Shown here: positions 30,384 through 39,970 of the stretch, piece after piece | Layout: every line of letters begins with the position of its first letter | How positions within the stretch are numbered: position 1 is the first letter of the stretch | NCBI GenBank assembly: GCA_963805975.1 | Contig: CAWDVR010000002.1 | Coordinates: 1,056,001 to 1,120,000, forward strand | Origin: an uncultured Acidobacteriota bacterium | Lineage (GTDB): Bacteria; Acidobacteriota; Thermoanaerobaculia; Multivoradales; SZUA-115 | Length of the DNA: 64,000 nt | Direction: 5' to 3' | Translations under genes and position numbers: made by a program | Notes under the pieces: model-generated | Told to the model about the DNA's origin: nothing | The model's input: the letters and a program-made list of their open reading frames with translations, nothing else | Databases searched by the model: none

Positions 30384-31018
30384 CCCGTGCAGTCGAGAGG
30401 CGGTTGCAGGCCCTTGGCCTCCTTGATGAGGGCCGCGGATTGGAGTTGGTCGCGGGGCGGGCTCCAGTCCATGTTCGTCACCTCGTCAGCGGGTCGCAGG
30501 TAGGGGTCGGGGTTGCGGTGACAGTCCAGGCACCAGCTCATGGAGAGCGGCTCGGCCTGCGCCACCTCGTCCATCTGGTCGATGCGCCCGTGACAGGTGG
30601 CGCAGCCGACCCCGGCGCGCAGGTGGGGCCGGTGGTCGAAGAACGCGAAGCCGGGCAGGTTGTGCACCCGCACCCAGCGGATCGGGCGCCCGCTGGTGGC
30701 GCTGTCGCGCACCACCGCCAGCGTCGCGGCATCGCGCTTCACCACGCGGTGGCAGTTCATGCACACCTCGGTCGGCGGCACCACCGCGACCGGCGCGCGG
30801 TCCACCGTGGCGTGGCAGTAGAGGCAGTCGATCCCGAGGTCCCCGGCGTGGAGCTTGTGGCTGTAGGCGACCGGTTGCACCGGCTGGTAGCCGACGTCGG
30901 TGTAGCGCGGGGAGAAGAAGTACCAGACCCCGGCCACCGCCAGGCCACCGACGACGACGCTCGCCGCGGCGATGCGCAGCGGCAATTCGTTGGCCCAGCG
31001 CGGGAAGATCTGCGCCAC
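30371..31018 (-). CDS. actA: ACIII pentahaem cytochrome ActA, copy 1
   Basis: One TM helix, QPVAYSHKLH, five CxxCH (CLYCH, CMNCH, CATCH, CLDCH, CTGCH). Confidence 0.93.
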   Translation of the reverse strand: MAQIFPRWANELPLRIAAASVVVGGLAVAGVWYFFSPRYTDVGYQPVQPVAYSHKLHAGDLGIDCLYCHATVDRAPVAVVPPTEVCMNCHRVVKRDAATLAVVRDSATSGRPIRWVRVHNLPGFAFFDHRPHLRAGVGCATCHGRIDQMDEVAQAEPLSMSWCLDCHRNPDPYLRPADEVTNMDWSPPRDQLQSAALIKEAKGLQPPLDCTGCHR

Positions 31019-31128
31019 GCGCTAGCCCCACACCTGCTCGAAGAGCCGCTCGCGTGACCCCCTACAGACCATCCTCAAGGCACCTCCCCAACGAGAAGCG
31101 GCTCTTGTTCGATTCGTAAAGTCGGCGC

Positions 31129-31158
31129 AGTCTACCGTGGCGACTTCCGAGGGGTCAA
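31129..31158 (-). promoter_or_regulatory. Putative sigma70 promoter of the actA-actB-actE operon
   Basis: Minus strand TTGACC (31153-31158), N18, TAGACT (31129-31134). Confidence 0.45.
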
Positions 31159-31216
31159 GGCGATTCGGGGGCCCTCGGACGGCGCGTTCGAGGTTGCATG
31201 TACGATACGTCGGCCC

Positions 31217-32308
31217 GTGGTTGCTTCCCTCCTCGATCCGCAGCCTGCTCCCATGAAAGACCGCCCCGGCCTGCTGCTGGTGAACCTCGGAACGCCGGAT
31301 GCTCCGCGTCCGCGCGAGGTGCGGCGCTATCTGCGCGAGTTCCTGTCCGACCCTCGCGTGATGGACGTTCCGGCGCTCACGCGTTTTCTCGTGCTCGAGC
31401 TCCTCATCCTGCCGCGCCGGCCGCGCGCCTCGGCCGCGGCCTACGCCAGGATCTGGGGCCCCGAGGGCTCACCGCTCCTCGTGCATGGCCGCGCACTGAC
31501 GGAGAAGGTCCAGGCGCGCCTGGGGGACGCCGTGCAGGTGGAGCTCGCGATGCGCTACGGCAACCCCTCGATCGCCAGCGCGCTCGACCGCTTCGAACGA
31601 GCCGGGGTGAGCCGCCTGGTCGTCTTCCCGCTCTATCCGCAGTACAGCTCCGCCGCCACCGGCTCCACGATCGAGCACGTGCTGCGGCTCGCGGGAGGGC
31701 GCTGGAACACGCCCTACCTCCAGGTCGTGCCGCCGTTCTACGACCACCCCGCCTACCTGGAAGCTCGCGCCGAGGTAGCGCGGCCATTTCTCGCGCCGCT
31801 GCCCGAGCGCGTCTTCATGAGCTTCCACGGCCTGCCCGAGCGCCAGATTCGGAAGAGCGATCCCACCGGTGGCCATTGCCTGGCACGCCCCGACTGCTGT
31901 GCCGAGGTCGGGGCGAGGAACCGCTCCTGCTATCGCGCGCAGTGCCACGCCGCGGCACGATTGCTGGCGGGGCGGCTCGCGATCCCCGCGGAGCGCGTCG
32001 TCGTCTGCTTCCAGTCCCGCCTGGGGCGCACGCCGTGGCTCACCCCGCAGACCGACGAGGTGCTGGCAGCCGAGGCCCGACGGGGCGTGCGTAGGGCCGT
32101 GATCATCCCGGCGTTCGTGGCCGACTGCCTGGAGACCCTCGAGGAATTGAGCATCCGCGGCGCCGAGATCTGGCGTGAGAACGGCGGCGAAACGTTGACC
32201 GTGGTGCCGGCGGTCAATGCCGGCGACCGCTTCGCCGAGGCGGTGATCGAGATCGCCGCCGAAAGCTCGACCTGGCTCGAGGCGGCGAGCGGAGCCTCGG
32301 CCTCCTGA
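31217..32308 (+). CDS. hemH: Ferrochelatase (protoporphyrin-type N-terminus); alternative start 31253
   Basis: LLVNLGTPD, YLREFLSDPRV, LYPQYS, SFHGLP, FQSRLG, FVADCLETLEEL. Confidence 0.95.
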   Translation: MVASLLDPQPAPMKDRPGLLLVNLGTPDAPRPREVRRYLREFLSDPRVMDVPALTRFLVLELLILPRRPRASAAAYARIWGPEGSPLLVHGRALTEKVQARLGDAVQVELAMRYGNPSIASALDRFERAGVSRLVVFPLYPQYSSAATGSTIEHVLRLAGGRWNTPYLQVVPPFYDHPAYLEARAEVARPFLAPLPERVFMSFHGLPERQIRKSDPTGGHCLARPDCCAEVGARNRSCYRAQCHAAARLLAGRLAIPAERVVVCFQSRLGRTPWLTPQTDEVLAAEARRGVRRAVIIPAFVADCLETLEELSIRGAEIWRENGGETLTVVPAVNAGDRFAEAVIEIAAESSTWLEAASGASAS

Positions 32309-32310
32309 CC

Positions 32311-33734
32311 ATGCCGCCGCGGGTGGCGATCGTGGGTGCAGGGATCGGTGGTCTCGCCGCCGCCCATCATCTGAGCTTCCTGGCTGCGGAGCGCGGCTGT
32401 GCGATCGAGATCGTGCTCCTCGAGGCGTCCGGGAGGCCGGGAGGAGCGCTGGCGACCGAGCTTGTCGAGGGTGCGCTCCTCGAGCGCGGCCCGGACACGC
32501 TGGTGACGCACAAGCCGGCGGGCCTCGCCCTCTGCGAGCGGCTGGGCCTGGGCGAGCGCATCGTCTTCCCGCCGCCGGGTCGCATCGACATTCTCGACCG
32601 TGGTCGCCTCCTGCCCGTGCCGGCGGGTTTTGCGCTGCTCGCTCCAACGCGCGCTCGGCCGCTCCTGTCGTCGCCGCTCCTGTCCTGGCGGGGCAGGCTG
32701 CGCGGCGTGCTCGAGCCTCTGGTGCCGGCCAGAGCCGACCTCGGTGACGAGAGCGTCGCCTCGTTCGTGCGCCGCAGGTTCGGCGCCGAGGTCTACGAGC
32801 GGCTCTCCGAGCCGATGGCGGGCGGGCTGTTCATGGCCGATACCGAAGAGCTGAGCCTCGCGGCCGGCTTCCCCCGCTTCGCCAGCCTCGAACGCGAACG
32901 CGGCCGGCTTCTCGGCGGATGGCGGGCGCCCGCAGTCTCCAGGGCCCACCGCCGCGACCCTCGCCGGCGGCCTCGGCCAGATCGTGGACGCCCTGGTCGA
33001 GCGGCTGCCGCCGGGCTCCCTGCGCCTGGGCCAGGCGGTACAAGGGCTCGTCCGGCAGCCCCGAGGCTTCGTGCTGAAGATGGCCGAGGGTCCCGCGCTC
33101 GCCGCGGAAGCGGTGCTGGTCGCCATCCCGGCGCACGCGGCGGCGCCGCTCTTTTCCGAGCTGGACCCGCAGCTCGCCGGCGAGCTGGCCCGGATCTCCT
33201 ACGCCTCCTGCGTGACGGTGAACCTCGCATGGCCTCGGCAGGCCGTGAAACGCCTGCCCCAAGGCCACGGCTTTTTCGTTCCCCGCACCGCGGGCCTGCC
33301 GGTGGTGGCGGCGAGCTTCGTGAGCGTCAAGTTCCCCGAGCGGGTGCCGGTGGACCAGATCGTGGTCCGGGTGTTCCTCGGGCGGAGCGCTTCACCCGGA
33401 GGTCTCCGGCCGCTCGGACGCCGAGCTGGTCGAGGCCTCGACGAGCACCCTCGCGCCGCTCCTCGGGTTGCGGGAGCCGCCTTCCTGGAGCCGCGTCTGG
33501 CGCCACCCGCTGTCGATGCCACAGCGGGTCGTGGGGCATCCGGCGCTCGTGGCGCGCGTCACCGCGCGGCTGGATGCACATCCCGGCCTCGAATTCGCGG
33601 GCGGCCCGCTCGGCGCCTACGGCCTGCCCGATTCGATCGCCGCGGGCGAGGCGGCGGCGGAGCGCCTGCTCGACTGGGTCGCGGCTCGCAGCCGGGGCGC
33701 AACCTTCCGAGATTCCCGGATAGTGCCGTCATGA
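32311..33734 (+). CDS. hemY: HemY-type protoporphyrinogen oxidase (frameshifts near 32950 and 33385)
   Basis: IVGAGIGGLAAA, ERGPD, DESVASFVRRRFG, SVKFPER, MPQ..VGH, GLPDSI. Confidence 0.85.
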
Positions 33735-34231
33735 GCTCTAGCTCCCAACCGCCACGCCCGTTGCTCCTGGCCGTCCTCTCGGACACGCACGGGCTGTTCC
33801 GGCCCGAGGTGCTCGACGTGCTCCGCGGCGCGGACCTGATTCTCCATGCCGGCGACGTGGGCTGCCCCGAGGTGCTCCGCCGGCTCGAGGCGATCGCGCC
33901 TCTGGTCGCGGTGCGGGGCAATGTCGACCACGGCGCCTGGGCCGAGGCGCTGCCGCTGTGGGAGGTCGTGACCGCGGGCGAGCACAGGATCTACATGCTG
34001 CACGACCTCCAGCACCTCGACCTCGATCCCGTGGCGGCCGGCTTCTCGGTCGTGGTGTCCGGGCACACGCATCGTCCGCGGGCCGAGCACCGGGCCGGGG
34101 TGCTGTACCTGAACCCCGGCAGCGCCGGCCCGCGGCGGTTCAAGCTGCCGGTGTCGATCGCCCGGCTCAGGATCTCTGGCTCTGCGATCGAGCACGAGCT
34201 GGTGGAGCTGGAATCCATCCGTTCCGTCTGA
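33731..34231 (+). CDS. YfcE-like metallophosphoesterase
   Basis: LSDTHG, HAGDVG, VRGNVD, SGHTH, NPGSAG. Confidence 0.9.
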   Translation: MSSSSQPPRPLLLAVLSDTHGLFRPEVLDVLRGADLILHAGDVGCPEVLRRLEAIAPLVAVRGNVDHGAWAEALPLWEVVTAGEHRIYMLHDLQHLDLDPVAAGFSVVVSGHTHRPRAEHRAGVLYLNPGSAGPRRFKLPVSIARLRISGSAIEHELVELESIRSV

Positions 34232-34250
34232 GGTACGCTCTCCAGCCGCT

Positions 34251-35456
34251 ATGGACTTCTCCATCCCCGAAGACCTCCGGCAGCTCTGCGCACAGGTGCG
34301 GAGCTTCGTGGAGGAGGAGATCTATCCGCTCGAGCCCCGGTTCTTCGTCGAGGGCTTCGCGGCCGTGGAGGCTGGCCTCGAGAAGGCGCGGCAGCGGGTG
34401 AAGGCGCTGGGGCTCTGGGCGCCGCAGCTCCCCCGCGAGCTGGGCGGGATGGGCCTCTCGCTCCTGGAGTTCGGCCTGCTGAGCCGCGAGCTGGGCCGGA
34501 GCCCGCTCGGCCACTTCGCCTTCAACTGCCAGGCGCCGGACGCCGGCAACCTGGAGGTGCTGGCCGAGTTCGCGAGCCCCGCACAACGCGAGCGCTTCCT
34601 GCTGCCCCTCGCCGCCGGCTCGGTGCGGAGCTGCTTCGCCATGACCGAGCCGGACCTGCCGGGCTCGAACCCCTCCTGGATGGCCACCGTGGCGCGGCGC
34701 GACGGCGACGGCTTCGTGATCGACGGCCGCAAGTGGTTCACCTCCGCGGCCGAGGGCGCCGCCTTCGCCGTGGTGATGGCGGTGACCGACCCGGATGCGC
34801 CGCCGCACCGGCGGGCGAGCCTCTTCCTCGTGCCGCTCTCGACCCCGGGCTTCCGCATTCTGCGCAACCTGCCGGTGATGGGCGAGGCCGGCTCCGGCTG
34901 GGCGAGCCATGCCGAGGTGGTGTTCGAGGGCTGCCGGGTGCCGGCCGAGCAGCTCTTGGGCGAGGTGGGCGACGGCTTCCGCATGGCGCAGGCGCGGCTG
35001 GGGCCGGGGCGCATCCATCACGCGATGCGCTGGCTGGGCATCTGCGAGCGTGCCTTCGAGCTGCTCTGCCGGCGCGCCGCCGAGCGCGAGATCGCTCCGG
35101 GCGAGCCGCTGGGCTCGCGGCAGCTCGTGCAGGGCTGGATCGCCGACAGCCGGGCCGAGATCTCGGCCGCCACTCTGCTGGTGCTCGAGACCGCCTGGAA
35201 GATCGAGACCTCGGGCACTCGCGCGGCCCGCGAGGAGATCTCGCTCATCAAGTTCCACACTGCGCGGGTGCTGGGCCAGGTGCTGGACCGGGCGATCCAG
35301 GCCCACGGCGCCCTGGGGATGACGGACCTGACGCCGCTCGCCTATTTCTACCGCCACGAGCGGGCGGCGCGGATCTACGACGGGCCGGACGAGGTGCACC
35401 AGGGCGTGGTGGCACGCGAGGAGCTGAAGCGCTTCGGTTTCGGCGGCGGGCGCTGA
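34251..35456 (+). CDS. Acyl-CoA dehydrogenase (ACAD10/11, LvaC-like)
   Basis: FNCQAPDAGNLEVL, FAMTEP, AQARLGPGRIHH, ARIYDGPDEVH. Confidence 0.92.
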   Translation: MDFSIPEDLRQLCAQVRSFVEEEIYPLEPRFFVEGFAAVEAGLEKARQRVKALGLWAPQLPRELGGMGLSLLEFGLLSRELGRSPLGHFAFNCQAPDAGNLEVLAEFASPAQRERFLLPLAAGSVRSCFAMTEPDLPGSNPSWMATVARRDGDGFVIDGRKWFTSAAEGAAFAVVMAVTDPDAPPHRRASLFLVPLSTPGFRILRNLPVMGEAGSGWASHAEVVFEGCRVPAEQLLGEVGDGFRMAQARLGPGRIHHAMRWLGICERAFELLCRRAAEREIAPGEPLGSRQLVQGWIADSRAEISAATLLVLETAWKIETSGTRAAREEISLIKFHTARVLGQVLDRAIQAHGALGMTDLTPLAYFYRHERAARIYDGPDEVHQGVVAREELKRFGFGGGR

Positions 35457-36526
35457 TGGAGCCGGCCCCCGACGAGACGGTGCCGGTGCGGGTCGGCGAG
35501 GAGCTTCCGGCCGACGGCCTAGGTCGGTTTCTGGCCGGGGCTCTCGGGCTCGACTCGGAGGCTCCGCTCACCATCCGCCAGTTCCCGAGCGGCTACTCGA
35601 ACCTCACCTACCTGGTGCGCGCCGGGGACCGCGAGCTGATCCTGCGCCGGCCACCGGTAGGGAGCCAGGTGAAGACCGCGCACGACATGGGCCGCGAGCA
35701 CCGGGTGCTGGCGCGGCTCCACCCGGTCTACCCGCTCGCGCCCCGGCCGCTCGCGGCCTGCGACGACGCCGAGGTGCTCGGCTTTCCTTTCTACGTGATG
35801 GAAAGGGTGCCGGGGGTGATCCTCCGCGCCCGCCTGCCCCACGGTGTGGCGCTCGACGCCGCCACGGCGCGCGGCCTGTCCGAGGCTTTGATCAGCAACT
35901 TGGCGGACCTGCATGCGCTCGACCTCGAGGCCACCGGCCTCGGCGAGCTGGGCAAGGCGACCGGTTACGTGGAGCGCCAGGTCAAGGGCTGGCACGGGCG
36001 CTACCAGGCCGCCAAGACGCACCAGAACTCCGAGCTCGAAGCGGCCTTCGCGCGGCTCGAGGCGCGCATCCCGGCGGAGAGCGGCGCGGCCTTCGTCCAC
36101 AACGACTACAAGTACGACAACCTGGTGCTCGACCCCGGCGACCTGACCCGCCTCTGCGCCGTGCTGGACTGGGAGATGGCGACCGTGGGCGACCCGCTGC
36201 TCGATCTCGGCACGGCGCTCGGCTACTGGGTGGAAGAGGGCGACGCGGAGGAGGTGCGCCGCTTCCGCTTCGGCCCCACGGACGTGCCCGGCTCGCCTTC
36301 CCGGGCCGAGATGGCGGCGCTCTACGGCCGGGCGAGCGGCCGGGACCTCTCGAACCTGCCCTACTGCTACGGCTTCGGCCTGGCGAAGATCGCGGTGATC
36401 GCCCAGCAGATCTACTACCGCTTCCACCAGGGGTTGACCCGCGACCCGCGTTTCGGCCAGTTGCCGTCCGCCATCCGCACCCTGGGCCGGCAGGCACTGG
36501 CGGCGATCGACGAAGACCGGCTGTGA
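35456..36526 (+). CDS. APH-family phosphotransferase (ACAD10/11 kinase-like, LvaA-like)
   Basis: QFPSGYSNLTY, LRRPP, AHDMGRE, VHNDYKYDN, LDWEMATVGDPLLDLG. Confidence 0.9.
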   Translation: MEPAPDETVPVRVGEELPADGLGRFLAGALGLDSEAPLTIRQFPSGYSNLTYLVRAGDRELILRRPPVGSQVKTAHDMGREHRVLARLHPVYPLAPRPLAACDDAEVLGFPFYVMERVPGVILRARLPHGVALDAATARGLSEALISNLADLHALDLEATGLGELGKATGYVERQVKGWHGRYQAAKTHQNSELEAAFARLEARIPAESGAAFVHNDYKYDNLVLDPGDLTRLCAVLDWEMATVGDPLLDLGTALGYWVEEGDAEEVRRFRFGPTDVPGSPSRAEMAALYGRASGRDLSNLPYCYGFGLAKIAVIAQQIYYRFHQGLTRDPRFGQLPSAIRTLGRQALAAIDEDRL

Positions 36527-37417
36527 CTACGCCGCCCGGCGAGCGCTGACCAGGAAATACCCGAAGCGGTGGCGGGCGAGGCCCACCAGAGGCGACAGCA
36601 CACAGGCGCGCAGGTGCCCCCAGCGCACCGCGCTCAGCCGCAGGCCGTGGGTGCGGAGCTCGCGCCACAGGAAGCGGGCGGTGACCCACGGGATGTGGGC
36701 GACGGACGGGGCGATCCGCCAGGAGATCTCCTCCACCTGCAAGTCTTCGAATCCGTGCTCTTCGAGGCAGCGGGTGAAGGCGCCGATCTCGGCGAAGGTC
36801 TCGAGCGCCCAGTCGGCGCACACCACTTCGAACAACCGCGAGAGCGGCCACCGCAGCGGCCGGCCGCCCTTGAGGAAGCCGTCCGCCAGCGCCAGGCGCG
36901 CGCCGGGCTTGAGCACCCGCGCCGCCTCGCGCACGAAGCCTTCCTTGGCGATCCCCTGGTCGTGGCAGGCGCTCTCGATAGCGTAGGCGCCGTCGAACGT
37001 CGCCTGGGCAAAGGGAGTCAGGGTGAAGTCGGCGCTGACGAAACGCAGCCTGCCGTCCGTCCCCTGGAGGGCCGCGAGCCGCGTGGCGTTTCGCGCCTGC
37101 CACGGCACCAGGGTCGCGGCGTCGATCGACAGCCGCGGGTGGTGCCGCACGGCCCAGCGCGCCGGCGCCCCCAGGCCGCAGCCCAGGTCGAGCAGGCGGT
37201 GGGCGGCCGAGAGATCGAGCCCGAGCCGGCCCAACACCTGCCGCGTCATCTCGTCGAGCATGCTCTCGAGAAGCAGCGGGTTCAAGCCGCGCCGGAAGTA
37301 GCCAAAATGCATGTTGAAGCTACGGCTCCAGGCCTCGTAGTCCTGGCCGGCCTCGGTGTAGTAGCGCACTACCTGCCGGCGGGCGTCGCCGGCAGCGCCT
37401 GAGCTTCTCGCAAGCAT
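36527..37417 (-). CDS. Class I SAM-dependent methyltransferase (sterol/tocopherol MT-like)
   Basis: [26 protein letters not shown]. Confidence 0.85.
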   Translation of the reverse strand: MLARSSGAAGDARRQVVRYYTEAGQDYEAWSRSFNMHFGYFRRGLNPLLLESMLDEMTRQVLGRLGLDLSAAHRLLDLGCGLGAPARWAVRHHPRLSIDAATLVPWQARNATRLAALQGTDGRLRFVSADFTLTPFAQATFDGAYAIESACHDQGIAKEGFVREAARVLKPGARLALADGFLKGGRPLRWPLSRLFEVVCADWALETFAEIGAFTRCLEEHGFEDLQVEEISWRIAPSVAHIPWVTARFLWRELRTHGLRLSAVRWGHLRACVLSPLVGLARHRFGYFLVSARRAA

Positions 37418-37527
37418 GGGTGGAGCAGTCTGTCACACGGGAGTGTGGCTCCCGGCCAGGCTGCCGGTCGCTGGAATGCGGGGGTGCTACCGCTTCAGCT
37501 AGACTCCCGGCACTCAAGGGACTACCG

Positions 37528-38856
37528 ATGAACAGCGCTCAGAATGCAGGCGGCGAGCTCGCCGCGCTCGCCCATCACCTCGCCAGCCGGCGGGAGGCCA
37601 TCCTGGACGCCTGGCGGCAGGCCGTGGAGGCCGACCCGGAGCTGACCACCGCGCCCGCCTTGTCGCGCACCCAGTTCTACGACCACATTCCCGCCGTCCT
37701 GGATGCCTTCGAGCGCCGGCTCCGGGCGCGCGGGGGCGAAGAACGGGCGGCAGCGGAGGCAGCTCAGAAGGAGAGCGCGGCCGGGCACGGCCTGCTCCGC
37801 TGGCAGCACGGCTATCACCAGCGCGAAGTGATGTTCGAGTGGCGCCACTTGCACCTCTTGCTGGTCGACGAGCTCGAGATCTATTGCTCCTCACAGTCCG
37901 GGCTCGACCCCGGTGCGATGTCGTTCGCACGGCGGGCCCTGGCCGAGCTGTGCAGCGAGGGGGTCTGTGAGAGCGCCACCCAGGTCGCCCGCCTGCAGCA
38001 GGCGGAGGCGGCCGGCCGCGTTCGCGACCTGGAGCACGCCCTCCAGGAGCTCCGTGCCCTGGAGCGCCGGCGCGCCGAGGCCTGGCGCGAGGCAGCGCAC
38101 GACCTGCGAGGCAACCTCGGCGTGGTCAGCAACGTCGCCGCGGTGCTGAACTTCGACGACGTGACGGCCGGGGAGCGTGCCCAGTTCACCCAGGCGCTGC
38201 AACGATCGGTGGTCGCGCAGAAGTCCTTGCTCAACGACCTCATGGACCTGGCGCGCCTGGAGGCCGGCCACGAGCAGCGGCGGGTCGAGCCTTTCGACGT
38301 CGCGGCACTGCTCGGCGAGCTCTGCGCCAGCATGCAGCCCCTCGCCAAGGAGCGCGGCCTTTCCTTGCGCACCCAGGGGCCCCCGGAGCTGCGGGTCGAG
38401 GGAGATGCCGTCAAGGCCCGGCGGATCGCGCAGAACCTGCTGTCGAACGCCCTCAAGTACACGGAGCGCGGCGGCGTGCGGCTGACCTGGGAACAAGCGG
38501 CGGGCGAGCATTGGGTGCTCTGTGTGCAGGACACCGGCCCCGGCTTCGAAGACGGCTCGGTCACCCCGATCGCCCAGGCGCTCAAGGAAGCCACGGAGGA
38601 GGCCCGGGAGGTCGAGGTGCGGGCTCTGGAGGAGCACGAGGAGGCGCTCGAGCCCTCCGCGCAGGCGGAGCCGGCTCCCACGCTGACCTCGCAGTCCGCG
38701 CATCGGCCGGCCTACGAGCCGCCGGGGGAAGGCATCGGCCTCTCCATCGTCAAGCGCCTCTGCGAGCTCCTGGACGCCAGCCTGGAGCTCGAGACCCGGC
38801 CCGGCCAGGGCAGCACCTTCCGGGTGGTCTTTCCCGGCAGGTACGAGACCCCCTGA
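37528..38856 (+). CDS. Soluble sensor histidine kinase with an RsbRD_N-like N-terminal domain
   Basis: H box AAHDLRG, N box NLLSNALKYT, DTGPG, GEGIGLSIV; no TM helix. Confidence 0.88.
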   Translation: MNSAQNAGGELAALAHHLASRREAILDAWRQAVEADPELTTAPALSRTQFYDHIPAVLDAFERRLRARGGEERAAAEAAQKESAAGHGLLRWQHGYHQREVMFEWRHLHLLLVDELEIYCSSQSGLDPGAMSFARRALAELCSEGVCESATQVARLQQAEAAGRVRDLEHALQELRALERRRAEAWREAAHDLRGNLGVVSNVAAVLNFDDVTAGERAQFTQALQRSVVAQKSLLNDLMDLARLEAGHEQRRVEPFDVAALLGELCASMQPLAKERGLSLRTQGPPELRVEGDAVKARRIAQNLLSNALKYTERGGVRLTWEQAAGEHWVLCVQDTGPGFEDGSVTPIAQALKEATEEAREVEVRALEEHEEALEPSAQAEPAPTLTSQSAHRPAYEPPGEGIGLSIVKRLCELLDASLELETRPGQGSTFRVVFPGRYETP

Positions 38857-38877
38857 AGCGAAGGAGGACCTGTCTTC

Positions 38878-39453
38878 ATGACGACGGGCCGCCTGCCCTC
38901 GCTCCAGCGCTCCTCGTGGGTGGGGAGCCTCGGGTTCTGTTTTGCCAGCCTGGCGGTCTTCGGCACGGTCGCCTTCGGCGAAGGCTGGATGTACCGCCGA
39001 CTGGGCCTGCTGGGGGCCTACCTGGCCTGGACCGCGATGTTCATTCTGCTCGGTGGCGCAGCGCTCCGGCCCCTGGTGGTCGATCCCGAACGAAAGCGGA
39101 AGTTCTTCCTGATCTTCGGCCTGGCCTTCTTCGCCTATGCCGCCGGCTGGGTGGGCGTGTACTTCGCCCTGCCCAACCTCGAGGGCGAGGTCGTGGCCTC
39201 CTTCGCGGGCTCTCTCCTGATGGGCCTGGTGATCGCCCGGGCGTTCGGCGCCCTGCGCTCGGCGCTCTACCTCGCCGGGGTGCTGTTCGTTGCCAGCTCC
39301 AGCGGCTACTTCGTCGGCTCGGCCCTCAACGCGTGGGTCGGGGGGAAAGCCGGGATGATGCTCTGGGGCGTCGCCTATGGGTTGTGCTTGGGAGCGGGGC
39401 TGGGCGCTGTCCTCCACCTGGCTCAGTCCCGCCCGGCGAATGAGCACGGGTGA
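38878..39453 (+). CDS. Hypothetical multi-pass membrane protein
   Basis: About six hydrophobic segments; GGAGG RBS. Confidence 0.7.
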   Translation: MTTGRLPSLQRSSWVGSLGFCFASLAVFGTVAFGEGWMYRRLGLLGAYLAWTAMFILLGGAALRPLVVDPERKRKFFLIFGLAFFAYAAGWVGVYFALPNLEGEVVASFAGSLLMGLVIARAFGALRSALYLAGVLFVASSSGYFVGSALNAWVGGKAGMMLWGVAYGLCLGAGLGAVLHLAQSRPANEHG

Positions 39454-39970
39454 GATCCTCACCAGGGCGACGATCTGGGTCTCCCTCGCGGGGTGGGCCA
39501 CAGGGTCCGCCGTCCTGGCGCTTTCCCGAGGAAGAGCCGGTTGGGACCGGGCGGCGAGGCTCGCCTGGACGGCAGGCTGCGTCGCCCTCCTCGCCCACGT
39601 CGCCTGTGCCTTCCATTTTGCCCACGGCTGGAGCCAGGGCCACGCCTACCGAGAAACGGCACGCCAGACGGCAGAGGTGTTCGGGCTCGACTGGGGCGGC
39701 GGCCTCTTCATCAACTATGCCCTCCTCGTCGCCTGGGTCCTGGACGTCGCCTGGTGGTGGCGCGGGCTCGAGCTCTACCGGCGCCGGCCGCGGTGGCTCA
39801 CGGCACTGTGGCAAGGGTTCCTGGTCTTCATCGTCTTCAACGCCACCGTGGTGTTCAAGACCGGTGCCCTGCGCTGGATCGGCTGGCTCCTGTGCCTGGG
39901 GCTCTGCGCGGTCTGGTGGCGAGCCTCTGCGAGTACACTGCCCGGCACCCAGAAAGGGCGCCCGACATGA
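39440..39970 (+). CDS. Hypothetical 4-5 TM membrane protein
   Basis: Hydrophobic, with HVACAFHFAHGWS; overlaps both neighbours. Confidence 0.7.
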   Translation: MSTGEILTRATIWVSLAGWATGSAVLALSRGRAGWDRAARLAWTAGCVALLAHVACAFHFAHGWSQGHAYRETARQTAEVFGLDWGGGLFINYALLVAWVLDVAWWWRGLELYRRRPRWLTALWQGFLVFIVFNATVVFKTGALRWIGWLLCLGLCAVWWRASASTLPGTQKGRPT

